Below are positions 13,252 through 24,611 of a stretch of 64,000 nucleotides of DNA, in pieces. The notes below the pieces were generated by a model. That model was not told the origin of the DNA and ran no database searches. It saw only the letters and a list, made by a program, of their open reading frames with translations. The stretch comes from Macrostomum lignano (taxonomy: Eukaryota): NCBI GenBank assembly GCA_002269645.1, contig NIVC01001057.1, forward strand, positions 186,001 to 250,000, given 5' to 3'. The translations under genes and the position numbers were made by a program. Numbering within the stretch: the first letter of the stretch is position 1; each line of letters opens with the position of its first letter.

Positions 13252-14193
13252 TCAGCAGTGGCCTTCGTTTGCGACAGCGGCAGGTGCTGAGGGGTAATAG
13301 TACTGCGGGTCTGCGGGAGGATCGGGCTTGATTTAATTTCATTCGAATTTGCGATGCTTGCCTACTGATAGTAGGCTGTCGTGAAAGTGGCGTTTTGGGT
13401 GCTTTGTTAAATAAAATAATGAGATTTTAAAATGAATTAAAGCTCCCTATATCGATAACTTCTGAATTTTCTTAGAAACCCCCGGATGAATCTCCAACCT
13501 GAAGTTTCCGGAACCCCTGGATGAATCCCCAACCTGAAGTTTCCGGAACCTCTGGATGAATCCCCAAACTGAAGTTTCCGGAACCCGGATGAATCCCCAA
13601 CCTGAAGTTTCCGGAACCCGCGGATGAATCCCCAACCTGAAGTTTCCGGAACCCGGATGAATCTCCCGTATGAATCCCAGTTGAAACAATGTCCTAAAGC
13701 CCCGTGGGATCCCGACAAACCAACCCCTGAACCTGGCGAGGCCCCTCAGCACTCACTCATCCTGGTGTGCGCGCCGTAGGCGGACTGCAGAAACCAGGAG
13801 GAGGCGGCGTGGCATCTTGGTGAGCGCCGTAGTGCTGGCTGGCGTAGTGCTGGCTGGCGTAGCCTTGATAGGCGCGGCTGCCGCGTACTCCGCAGCGTAG
13901 CTGGCGGTGGCTCCGTACTGGTGCGCTGCCGCAGTCCGTAATGCGCTCGGAACTCGTCCAGCTTCGGACTGTCCGACTCCAGATGCAGCGCCGGCTGCTG
14001 CGGCGGCTGAGGAGGCGGTGCTGTTGCTGATGCTGCGGCGGCGGCTGCTGAGGCGGCTGGTGAGGCTTGAAGCGACTGGCGGCTCGGTTGCCAAGTGGTT
14101 GCTATGGCCGTGATAGCCCCGGCGTGCCGGACGCCAGCGGAGGCCGGGTAGAACTGCGGCTCCTGCGGCGGATGCCGTAGGCCGCCGCCGCTG
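13252..14193 (-). pseudogene. Truncated duplicate of the Pax2/5/8 3' end (part of exon 4 at 13757-14193; exon 5 at 13252-13310), frameshifted and cut by the gap
   Basis: Reverse complement of 23663-24611 with several 1-nt indels (about 13810, 13873, 13930, 14070-14078). Confidence 0.8.
13480..13665. repeat. About 33-bp tandem repeat GGATGAATCCCCAACCTGAAGTTTCCGGAACCC (mirror 24200-24385, in the last Pax intron)
   Basis: Several tandem units. Confidence 0.9.
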
Positions 14194-14221
14194 NNNNNNN
14201 NNNNNNNNNNNNNNNNNNNNN
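14194..14221. other. Assembly gap (28 N)
   Basis: Run of N exactly at the inner boundary of the left arm. Confidence 1.
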
Positions 14222-14354
14222 AGCCCGGGGGCAAAGCGAGCGAGTTAAACCTGGGGGGGGGGGGCTGGCGGTCGGACAAAGTGTTGGGGCAATTCAACAA
14301 TTACTTTTAGTTTGACACCCTCTGGAGAACTGGGAGGGTTTTTAGAATATAAAT

Positions 14355-15145
14355 ACTCGTAGCTCAGGATGATGCCTCTGGACTATCCCGGCTCTACTGG
14401 AATCGGGTGGAGCTCAAGCTGGTGTTTCTAATTCTGAGGCTGCGAATGCACTACCAGTTTTATGGCTGTAATTTTCTGTGTTTGAAGTAATATAGTCTGT
14501 AAACTGACTTGCTGAGGCTGCTAGGTTCAGGCTGTGACAAGTCTGTAAATTACTGTAACTGTGAGATTGGGACGGATCGATATTGGCTGTAGAAGTTTGT
14601 AAATTACTCGTAGCTCAGGATGCTCTTGACTCTCCCAGGCTCTACTGGAATCGGGTGGGGCACAAGTTGGCGTTTCTAATTCTGTGTCTGCGAATGCACT
14701 ACCAGTTTTTGGCTGTGAATTTCTGTGTTTGAAGTAATATAGTCTGTAAACTAACTTGCTGAGGCTGCTAGGTTCAGGCTGTGACAAGTCTGTAAAGTAC
14801 TGTAACTGTGAGATTGGGACGGATCGATATGACTCTAGAAGTCTGTAAATTACTGTCACTATCAAGAATGACTGAGACATATCGATAGTGGCTGTAGAAG
14901 TCTGTAAATTACTGTCATATTGAGGCTGAGACATATCGATAGTGGCTGCAGAAGTCTGTAAATTACTGTCGCTATTGAGGTTGAGACATATCGATAGTGG
15001 CTGTAGAAGTCTGTAAATTACTGTCAATATTGAGGCTGAGACATATCGATAGTGGCTGCAGAAGTCTGTAAATTACTGTCGCTATTGAGGTTGAGACATA
15101 TCGATATGGCTGTAGAAGTCTGTAAATTACTGTCAATATTGAGGT
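14355..15145. repeat. Diverged direct duplication of about 225 bp (14355-14583 / 14606-14830) followed by GTCTGTAAATTACTGTC-type repeats
   Basis: Both copies begin ACTCGTAGCTCAGGATG and end GGACGGATCGATAT. Confidence 0.75.
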
Positions 15146-17284
15146 TGAGCCTGAAAATCTCTACCCGTTCACCAAAGCCAAACAATCAAAGGCCGCATGA
15201 CTCGAGTTCGTCTCCCCCCCCAAGTCAAACAGGCCACCAGAATGCGGGCTGCCCAGGTGAGGGGGGCAAACAGAAGGTCGCAGAGACCTGCACGGGAAGC
15301 CCCCAGCTGACTCGCCCCAGCGCAGTGATTTACTGCTCTCCGGGGTTGGGGCGAGGAAGTCCCGCCACTTTTTGCCCATCCTGTCAGCTCGATCGGGCAT
15401 CACGCGAATGCGCCATTGAGGCTGCGGGCTCGAGTCCCGCCTGCTCCCGGCTCTCCATTCCCCTGTTGCTCAACCAACTTCCCACCCGCACCCAGCCCAC
15501 GGGGTGATGAATTGGCTGGCACAGCTGACCCAACTGTCCCAATGCCGCTTGATGAAGCTGCCTCCTCCTCTCTTGATGGAGCTCGGGAGTCGCAGCGAAT
15601 TTGGGATTCTCTGTCAGCTCGATTTGGGGCATTATAATTACAGAGCCCTTCTCCCTGGGGATTCGAACTCAAGACTTTCTCTGCGAGCTTCCAGTTTTTA
15701 GGATATCTTCATCGGCGCGTGACCGCCCCAGCCTCTGGGAAAATCGGGGAAACCGGGGGGGCTTGGGAGAAATGTCAGAATCAATTCCTCCCAACTGCAG
15801 GCTTTTGCATTCGAGCTATTGACTGGTTAGTGACTCGCCATGTAATTATTTGTGTCGTCTCATTGGAGGAGGAGAGGAGATCTCGCCCTCAGTGGCTACC
15901 GGGCTATTCGGAAGAGCCGCGGTTGCTGGGCAAACTATTCGAAACCGTTGCCCAGGCCGCACGTGCAGCTTTCGGCAGCCGCGGAATTGTTTTACAAATT
16001 TGGTGTCGAAATTCGAATAAATCCAATCAATGGGTCCAGAGAGGAAGCAAAAAAGTGGCTGACTGAGGCCGGGTTGCTGGGGGCCCCGCGGTAGCCTCGG
16101 CTGAGTGGTGGGCGGTCTCGGCTTTCCAGCAAGCGCCCCACTTTCTCTTACACAGCCAGCAGTCCTCATTAGCATTGCTAATTGCGGCATGTCCCCTGTG
16201 CGAGATTTCCAAGCCCCGAGAACCGGCCGCGGAGCCTCGCACGCTGGCCGAAAAACGGCCGCCAACACAAATGCAAGCGAAGAGAAAGCAGAGTCTTTCA
16301 ATCGCGCCCTCCATGCGGCCAGTGAGCACTGACTGCTTCTCAGCCCAGATGACGCGGCTCCCATTCAGCCTCCCATTTGGACCCCATCAATCAGAGCGGC
16401 ATTATGGACTGCTCAGGGGGGAGAATGGGAGACAGCATGCAGAGGAGATGAGGCGAGGTGTCGCGGGGATCGGCCGAACAATTATCCCATGCGGCGGGAA
16501 GAATCCGCCGCGCGCCCTGCAGACCCCGCGGCCCGGCATTTTTAGGTCCGGGCGCAGAGGCTGGAAGGGAAGCAGAAAGTCCTCTGGGGATTCGGCGGGT
16601 CCGGGCGGTGCTGGATAAGCCAGCCGGGCCTGTCGCGCTCCGACGGCCTCGCAGATTTCTGCCGCCGCTGCTCAGTGAGCCGTTTAATGAACTGAGCTGG
16701 TGGGGGCGGCCTCAGAATCCCAGCGGCGGGGAGAAAGTGACTGCCCGGCCCCATCTGCTTGGGATGCGGTTGGACTTGAACTTTCCCTATTAGGATTTTA
16801 TTTATATTTTCGAGGGATTATAAATGTCGTTCGATCGGCCCTGGTGTCAGGTGGGCGCAGGCTTGGGCTGTCCAGGTGCTGAGTTGGGCGAATTGTCCCA
16901 GACTGCCCCGCGGTTCCCCATGCAGCTGCGTGAAGCTGCGCCATGCTTTGACCTCCGGGATCGGAAAATTCGCGAGCCGAAAACCACTCAGACCAGCAGC
17001 CCTGCCCAGCTTTGCAGCAAATTTGAAAGCTTTTTTGTTTCCTTTATTCACTTTCTATGGGTGAGGCTCATCGGGATAATTTTCCCACTTCCTCGCGCTT
17101 CATCGTCACGCGATTTTCAACCGCCGGGATCTCCGGGATCAATACCGGGGGGGGGGGGGTTGGCAGGTCAGGCGATGGGATCGAACCAAAGTGGAGGTGG
17201 CAAATCTGAGCGAGGCTGGCAATGGGGAGAATTCTGTCAGTTTTTGGGGAGGCTTTCGTTTCCCCTATTTACCTCATCAGTAGA

Positions 17285-17625
17285 TGAGAGGAGAGGTGAG
17301 AGTCAGACAAGAGGAGATGGAGAGTCAGACAGAAGAGAGTCAGAGAAGAGGAGAGGGAAGAGTCAGACAAGGGGATAAGGGAGAGTCAGACAGAGGAGAT
17401 GGAGATCAGAGAGAGGAATGGGAGAGTCAGAGAAGGGGAAGATAGGAGAGTCAGAGAAGAGGGATGGGAGAGTCAGAGAAGAGGAGATGAGAGTCAGAGA
17501 GAGAGAGAGATGAGAGGAGATTGGAGTCAGACAAGAGGAGAGCTGGGAGTCAGATGAGAGAAGATGGGAGAGAGACAAGAGGAAATGGGAGAGTAAGCAG
17601 AATAGGAGATGGGAGAGTCAGGGAG
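17285..17625. repeat. GA-rich low-complexity repeat (GAGTCAGAGAAG-like)
   Basis: Purine-rich degenerate tandem units. Confidence 0.8.
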
Positions 17626-17939
17626 AGAACTAAACTAGCGAACAAAATCGGAAGTGCATTTCTACAAAAGGTCATCGGAGACCAGAGAGAGTCAGGGCAG
17701 CAGGCAGTCAGGTCAGGGGGGTAAGGATTAACCAGAAGAGCCGTGAAGGACAGACTCGAGCAGAAGTAAAGAAGCAAAACCTCACTAAAAAGGATTCAAA
17801 GCATAAATATTTAATCCCGGGGTGTCACAAAAGCTCTCGAGGCCAGAAACCTGTTGGAGGCCTCCACTCTTCAATGCAGCCTGTCTCTCTTTCCCTTCCC
17901 TAACTAAAGCAGCGAAACCTCCCAGCTTCCGGGCTTCCG

Positions 17940-18040
17940 GATGAGGCTGCGGGCAGCCAATGGCTCGGAGGCCCCTAAAGCAGATCATTGGCTCGCTACG
18001 GGGGCGGCGGAGGGCGGGGCGGGGCGCCGCTTTCACTGGC
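17940..18040 (+). promoter_or_regulatory. Putative Pax2/5/8 proximal promoter (CCAAT and GC boxes)
   Basis: CCAAT 17957, reverse ATTGG about 17987, GGGCGGGGCGGGG about 18012, about 250 bp upstream of ATG 18258. Confidence 0.45.
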
Positions 18041-18257
18041 GAGGCGCGATGAAGGGAATTTCGATGAGGCTTGGAGGCGGCTGGGGTGGCGCGCCGGTTT
18101 GCTGGGCTGCTGGAGCGGGGGAATTGCGAGCGGCGCTGAGAGAGCAAATAAAAAGGAGGCGGAGAGGGCGATGAGGCATCTTCTTGCGACTCTGCTGAAG
18201 CAGAAGATTTTGTCGACAATAAAAGCTGCAAGTTAAGCTTCTTTTGGGCCAGCTGAG

Positions 18258-21200
18258 ATGGACAGCCTGAAGTACCTGTGGCAGTGGTCCGCTCCCTCGG
18301 CCAGGGGAGCCGCTGAACTTCCCGGATCTGCCGAGGCCGCCGCCGCCTCCCAGTTTCTCAGCGCCGCGGCCGCCGGCGGCGGCGCAGGCGGCGGCGCAGG
18401 CGGCGGTTGCGGAGGCGGCAGCGGCGGCGGCGGGTCGCACGCGACTGCGATGGGCTACCACCGGGCCTGCCTGTACCCGCCGGGCCCGGGGCCCTCGCCC
18501 TACTGCCCCTACCCGTCGCCCTCCCAGGCCAGCTCGTTCTACGAGGACGTGTACATGCGGGCCAAGGGCGGCAAGGGAAAGGGTGAGTCTCCTCCGAGCT
18601 GCTCCCCGGGGGTGTCGCGTGCTGGTCTGGATGCTGAGCATTTCACAGGGCCCTGCCTCGCATCCGTGGCCCCGGCTCTTTGCCTTGTTTTCTAGCTGCA
18701 GATTTCCCAAAAGGCTGGGGAGCTGATCGCCTCTCATTGCTGTTTCTGGCGAATTCAATCGCTGAATTTTTCATGTACCTGAGACTCAGCTTCATCAGCT
18801 TCATTACAAAACAAAAAGCCGCAGTCTGCCAGGCTCCCTTGGGACCGGTAAAAATTCATTGCTTATGCTCATAGGTGATCTGGGACAAATTGGCGGAGCA
18901 CCCGATCGCTGAATTATGCAGCACCGACTTTCCCTCACCATTTTATTGCCGAAAGTTTTTTCTTAAAAAAATTCAAACATCTGCTGAGAGCCGTCGCGGC
19001 GCTTATTTGTCCCCCCCCTTGATGGCGCTGGCACCTCCCTTAATTGGCTGGGACGCCTCGCTTTGTCAGATCTGTTTCTCTGATTTTGATTGTTTTATTG
19101 CTGTGCTGTCTGAGTTCATTGCTTGGTGGCTCTCATGTTGGCACTGCTGCAGAGCGGGCTGCGCTCTCTGCGTGTCTTACGGAGTTTTTGGCCTCTTCCG
19201 CTGAATAATTAATCGGCTCTGCAGCCGGGGAGTCCCAGATCCTGACCAGCGCTGGTGAGATCGCAGCAGATCACTTTCGGAAGCAGGGCAAGAATTAATG
19301 AATTTGTATTGGGGCTGGCAGGCGGGTTCTCACGCCAAGTTCATTATTTGTAAATGCAATATTTTTTGCACTGGCTAATTTGCACTGGCTAACTGGCTGA
19401 AATCGCAGGGCCAAGCCAGGCGGAAGTCAGGGGCGGGGAGTTGCGTATGCAAATTCGTTTGCGCAAGCGCAGAGACACGGGGGCGGAGAAAGTGAGAGAA
19501 ACTCAGTCCTGTCAGCCACTTCAGCCGCTGGGCAGCCAGAACTGCTGTGGTTGGAAATGAACAACACCAACACTTCACTCAGCGGCCACCACTCATGAGA
19601 AGGCGCGCAGCTTCATCTCCAGTCTCCCTCTTCTTGTGCTTCATCGCGCCGACTCCGGCATCCTGCAGCAGCCGCCCCCCCCCGCGGCGAAGCCTCAAAG
19701 AAGCCGCCGCCACGCCGCTGTCCCTTTGTGCGCGCCGGGGGGGGGGCGGCCTCTCAGATCCACTCTTCTTTTCTTGTTGCCCAATTGCGCTAATTTAATT
19801 GCGTTACAAGTTGCAAGAAAAGTGATTTACGTCTCGTTACCCTCTGAGCAGCCACTCCGGGCCCGGCTCCCCATTCTCCCATCGGCCCCAAATGCACATG
19901 CGTTTCCTGGAATGAGAGCCGTCCCTAACCCAGTTAAGTCCATGCCGGGACCTCCCTATAGCGCTCGCTAATCAAGAGGGGCTGATTTGGGGGGGGGGTC
20001 ACGGCTCCGGGCGTATAAAATACGGAATTTCCGTGGCGTGGCTTTATTGCGTCCGCCAGCCCAGCTTCCTGGCCGCATCGGCATATATTGCTCAGGCCTG
20101 AGATCCTCTCGCTTCTCCTTGGCTGGGGTTTTCCTCGCTTTGCAAGTGCGAATTCGCAGACTCGCGCCCGGCATAGCAGATGGACAGCGGCGGCAGCGGC
20201 CGCGGCAAAGGCGGAAACCCGCAGGAGTCCCTGCTGCGGTTGCACCTTCTTGGCATGTACCTGAAGAACATCGGTGAGCAGCATCATGGAGCTTCCATGG
20301 CCCTCAGAGATCTGAATAGCGCTCCCAGTGGCGCTCCCAGTGGCGCTCCCAGTGGCGCTCCCAGTGGCGCTCCCAGTGGCGCTCCTAGTGGCGCTCCCAG
20401 TGGCGCTCCTAGTGGCGCTCCCAGTGGCGCTCTCAGTGGCGCTCCCAGTGGCGCTCTCAGTGGCGCTCCCAGTGGCGCTCTCAGTGGCGCTCTCAGTGGC
20501 GCTCTCAGTGGCGCTCCCAGTGGCGCTCCCAGTGGCGCTCTCAGTGGCGCTCCAAGTGGCGCTCCCAGTGGCGCTCCCAGTGGCGCTCCCTGTGGTATTT
20601 AAAAAGGCGCTCCTGGGATCACTTCAAATGGCGCTCCCAAAAGAGCTACCACTGGCGCTTCTAATGGCGCTTCTAATGGCGCTTCTAGTGGCGCTTCTGA
20701 TGGCGCTTCTTATGACGCTTCTAATGGCGCTTGTAATGGCGCTTTTAATGGCGCTTCTAATGGCGCTTCTAGTGGCGCTTCTAGTGGCGCTTCTAGTGGC
20801 GCTTCTAATGGCGCTTCCAATAGCCTTATAAGCAAGAATAACTTCCATGCCCCTTCATTGGTGACCCCAACGCCACTCTTGTTCGACCCCGCAGGCCACG
20901 GCGGCATCAACCAGCTGGGCGGAGCCTTCGTGAACGGCCGCCCGCTGCCTGACTTCACCCGCAACCAGATTGTCGAACTGGCGCAGCGCGGCGTCCGGCC
21001 CTGCGACATCAGCCGGCGGCTCCGCGTCAGCCACGGCTGCGTGTCGAAGATTCTCGGCCGGTTCTACGAGACCGGCAGCATCCGGCCTGGCGTCATCGGC
21101 GGCTCCAAGCCGAAGGTGGCCACCCCCTCGGTGGTGGACGCCATCTGCAAGTACAAGGCCGACAATCCCACCATGTTCGCCTGGGAGATCCGCGACATGC

Positions 21201-21510
21201 TGCTGTCCGAGGGCGTCTGCTCGCAGGACACCGTGCCCTCCGTGTCCTCCATCAACCGCATCGTGCGGAACAAGGCGGCCGAGCGGGGCGGCCAGTCCGG
21301 AGATGACGAGGACGAGGGCCGCGCGCCCAGCTGCGATGGGCGGGAGCAGCAGCAGCAGCCGCCACCTCAGCAGGCCGCCAGCAGCAGCGCCGGCTCCCAT
21401 CAGGGCTTGCTGCTGTCGAGCCACGCGGCCTACACCATCAAGGGGCTGCTGGGCGGTCTGAACTCCGCGGCCACTGCCAAAGACGGCCAGCAGCAGCAAC
21501 AGCAACAGCA

Positions 21511-21546
<36 letters not shown>

Positions 21547-24500
21547 GAGTCAGCACCAGCAGCTGCTGCTGGCCGGTGACTCTTCGCCGGGAAGCTCTTC
21601 CGTCAGCAACGGCGCCCTGTCGGATGAGAATCAGAACAGCCTGCAGCAGCAGCAGCAACAGCAGCAGAGGAAACGCCGACACATGCAGATGCAGCACTTG
21701 AATGACCCGGGTGAGCTGCTTTGATTTCTGTGGCGTTTCTCAAGCTCGAATCTTTACCAGCTCGAATCTTTACCAGCTCCAATCTTTACCAGCTCCAATC
21801 TTTACCAGCTCGAATCTTTACCAGCTCGAATCTTTACCAGCTCGAATCTTTACCAGCTCGAATCTTTACCAGCTCGAACTTTACCAGCTCGAATCTTTAC
21901 CAGCTCGAATCTTTACCAGCTCGAATCTTTACCAGCTCGAATCTTTACCAGCTCGAATCTTTACCAGCTCGAATCTTTACCAGCTCGAATCTTTACCAGC
22001 TAGAATCTTTACCAGCTCGAATCTTTACCAGCTCGAATATTTACCAGCTCCAATCTTTACCAGCTCGAATCTTTACCAGCTAGAATCTTTACCAGCTCGA
22101 ATCTTTACCAGCTCGAATCTTTACCAGCTCGAATCTTTACCAGCTAGAATCTTTACCAGCTCGAATCTTTACCAGCTCGCATCTTTACCAGCTCCAATCA
22201 TTACCAGCTCGAATCTTTACCAGCTCCAATCATTACCAGCTCGAATCTTTACCAGCTCGAATCTTTACCAGCTCGAATCTTTACCAGCTCGAATCTTTAC
22301 CAGCTCGAATCTTTACCAGCTCGAATCTTTACCAGCTCGAATCTTTACCAGCTCGAATCTTTACCAGCTCGAATCTTTACCAGCTCGAATCTTTACCAGC
22401 TCGAATCTTTACCAGCTCGAATCTTTACCAGCTATTGTAGAATCTTTACCAGCTCCAATCTTTACCAGCTCCAATCTTTACCAGCTCAATCTTTACCAGC
22501 TCGAATCTTTACCAGCTCGAATCTTTACCAGCTCGAATCTTTACCAGCTCGAATCTTTACCAGCTCGAATCTTTACCAGCTCGAATCTTTACCAGCTCGA
22601 ATCTTTACCAGCTCGAATCTTTACCAGCTCGAATCTTTACCAGCTCGAATCTTTACCAGCTCGAATCTTTACCAGCTCGAATCTTTACCAGCTCGAATCT
22701 TTACCAGCTCAATCTTTACCAGCTCGAATCTTTACCAGCTCGAATCTTTACCAGCTCGAATCTTTACCAGCTCGAATCTTTACCAGCTCGAATCTTTACC
22801 AGCTCGAATCTTTACCAGCTCGAATCTTTACCAGCTCGAATCTTTACCAGCTCGAATCTTTACCAGCTCGAATCTTTACCAGCTCGAATCTTTACCAGCT
22901 AGAATCTTTACCAGCTAGAATCTTTACCAGCTAGAATCTTTACAGCTAGAATCTTTACCAGCTCCAATCTTTACCAGCTAGAATCTTTACCAGCTAGAAT
23001 CTTTACCAGCTAGAATCTTTACCAGCTAGAATCTTTACCAGCTAGAATCTTTACCAGCTAGAATCTTTACCAGCTCCAATCTTTACCAGCTAGAATCTTT
23101 ACCAGCTAGAATCTTTACCAGCTAGAATCTTTTCCAGCTAGAATCTTTACCAGCTAGAATCTTTACCAGCTAGAATCTTTACCAGCTAGAATCTTTACCA
23201 GCTAGAATCTTTACCAGCTAGAATCTTTACCAGCTAGAATCTTTACCAGCTAGAATCTTTACCAGCTAGAATCTTTACCAGCTAGAATCTTTACCAGCTA
23301 GAATCTTTACCAGCTAGAATCTTTACCAGCTAGAATCTTTACCAGCTAGAATCTTTACCAGCTAGAATCTTTACCAGGGCCTGCAACCCGGCCTTCCATT
23401 CATTTCAGACGCCACCAAGGAGCAGCAGTGCCACCGCCAGTCGCCACCGGATCGCCTAGAGGTGAGCATATTTGATTTATGTTTCCAAGGAATACAAAGC
23501 ATTCCCATGGCCGAGTGACTCATTGAATAGAAATTCCAACCTCTTTCACAATCCAGTGGCTGTCACCGTCCAAGCGGATCAAAGTGGAGTCGCCAATTCC
23601 GGGCTCGAACCCCGGACTTCTGCCTGCACTCAGCGCCCAGCAGGCGGCGGCAGCGGCGGCGGCAGCGGCGGCGGCCTACGGCATCCCGCCGCAGGAGCCG
23701 CAGTTCTACCCGGCCTCCGCTGGCGTCCGGCACGCCGGGGGCTATCACGGCCATAGCAACCACTTGGCAACCGAGCCGCAGTCGCTTCAGCCTCACCAGC
23801 CGCCTCAGCAGCCGCCGCCGCAGCATCAGCAACAGCCACCGCCTCCTCAGCCGCCGCAGCAGCCGGCGCTGCATCTGGAGTCGGACAGTCCGAAGCTGGA
23901 CGAGTTCCGAGCGCATTACGGACTGCCGGCAGCGCACCAGTACGGAGCCACCGCCAGCTACGCTGCGGAGTACGCGGCAGCCGCCGCCTATCAAGGCTAC
24001 GCCAGCCAGCACTACGCCAGCCAGCACTACGGCGCTCACCAAGATGCCACCGCCGCCTCCTCCTGGTTTCTGCAGTCCGCCTACGGCGCGCACACCAGGA
24101 TGAGTGAGTGCTGAGGGAGCCTCGCCAGGTTCAGGGGGTTGGTTTGTCGGGATCCCACGGGGCTTTAGGACATTGTTTCAACTGGGATTCATACGGGAGA
24201 TTCATCCGGGGTTCCGGAAACTTCAGGTTGGGGATTCATCCGGGGTTCCGGAAACTTCAGGTTGGGGATTCATCCGGGGTTCCGGAAACTTCAGTTTGGG
24301 GATTCATCCAGAGGTTCCGGAAACTTCAGGTTGGGGATTCATCCAGGGGTTCCGGAAACTTCAGGTTGGAGATTCATCCGGGGGTTTCTAAGAAAATTCA
24401 GAAGTTATCGATATAGGGAGCTTTAATTCATTTTAAAATCTCATTATTTTATTTAACAAAGCACCCAAAACGCCACTTTCACGACAGCCTACTATCAGTA

Positions 24501-24611
24501 GGCAAGCATCGCAAATTCGAATGAAATTAAATCAAGCCCGATCCTCCCGCAGACCCGCAGTACTATTACCCCTCAGCACCTGCCGCTGTCGCAAACGAAG
24601 GCCACTGCTGA
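18258..24611 (+). CDS. pax2/5/8: Pax2/5/8-class paired-box transcription factor, 599 aa; exons 18258-18582, 20895-21710, 23409-23461, 23557-24103, 24553-24611
   Basis: Paired domain [10 protein letters not shown]...[36 protein letters not shown]...[11 protein letters not shown]...PSVSSINRI with the conserved phase-1 intron at G|HGG; octapeptide YTIKGLLG; C-terminal NPQYYYPSA resembles the Pax2/5/8 SPYYYSA; all junctions GT-AG and in phase (1800 nt); AATAAA at about 25090. Confidence 0.88.
20180..20273 (+). CDS. Candidate alternative first coding exon of Pax2/5/8 ([12 protein letters not shown]...YLKNI|G)
   Basis: ATG 20180, phase-1 donor GTGAG 20274 compatible with the paired exon; TATAAAA at 20014-20020. 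Confidence 0.5.
20319..20818. repeat. Intronic 12-bp repeats GGCGCTCCCAGT / GGCGCTTCTAAT
   Basis: Two related tandem arrays just before the paired-box exon. Confidence 0.9.
21742..23377. repeat. Intronic 16-bp minisatellite AGCT(C/A)GAATCTTTACC, about 100 units
   Basis: Fills Pax intron 2; C-variant dominates 5', A-variant 3'. Confidence 0.95.

Larger units (their letters stand above)
1..14193. repeat. Left arm of large inverted duplication (continues beyond window start; ends at N gap)
   Basis: ORF track is mirrored (e.g. 990-1199+ vs 35929-36138-, 11039-11548+ vs 26343-26852-); even rare repeat-unit variants at 160-240 match 36890-36965 in reverse complement. Confidence 0.97.

Noticed and set aside
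20855-21697. 280-aa antisense ORF over the paired box (and similar antisense ORFs over GATA and CYP exons)
   Set aside because: Shadow ORFs expected from high GC3 codon usage on the coding strand
21702-22934. 410-aa ORF
   Set aside because: Product of the 16-bp intronic minisatellite
24104-24114. Pax ending at RMSEC* as in the ORF track
   Set aside because: GTGAGT donor at 24104 and an in-phase exon 24553-24611 with a Pax2/5/8-like YYY tail fit better
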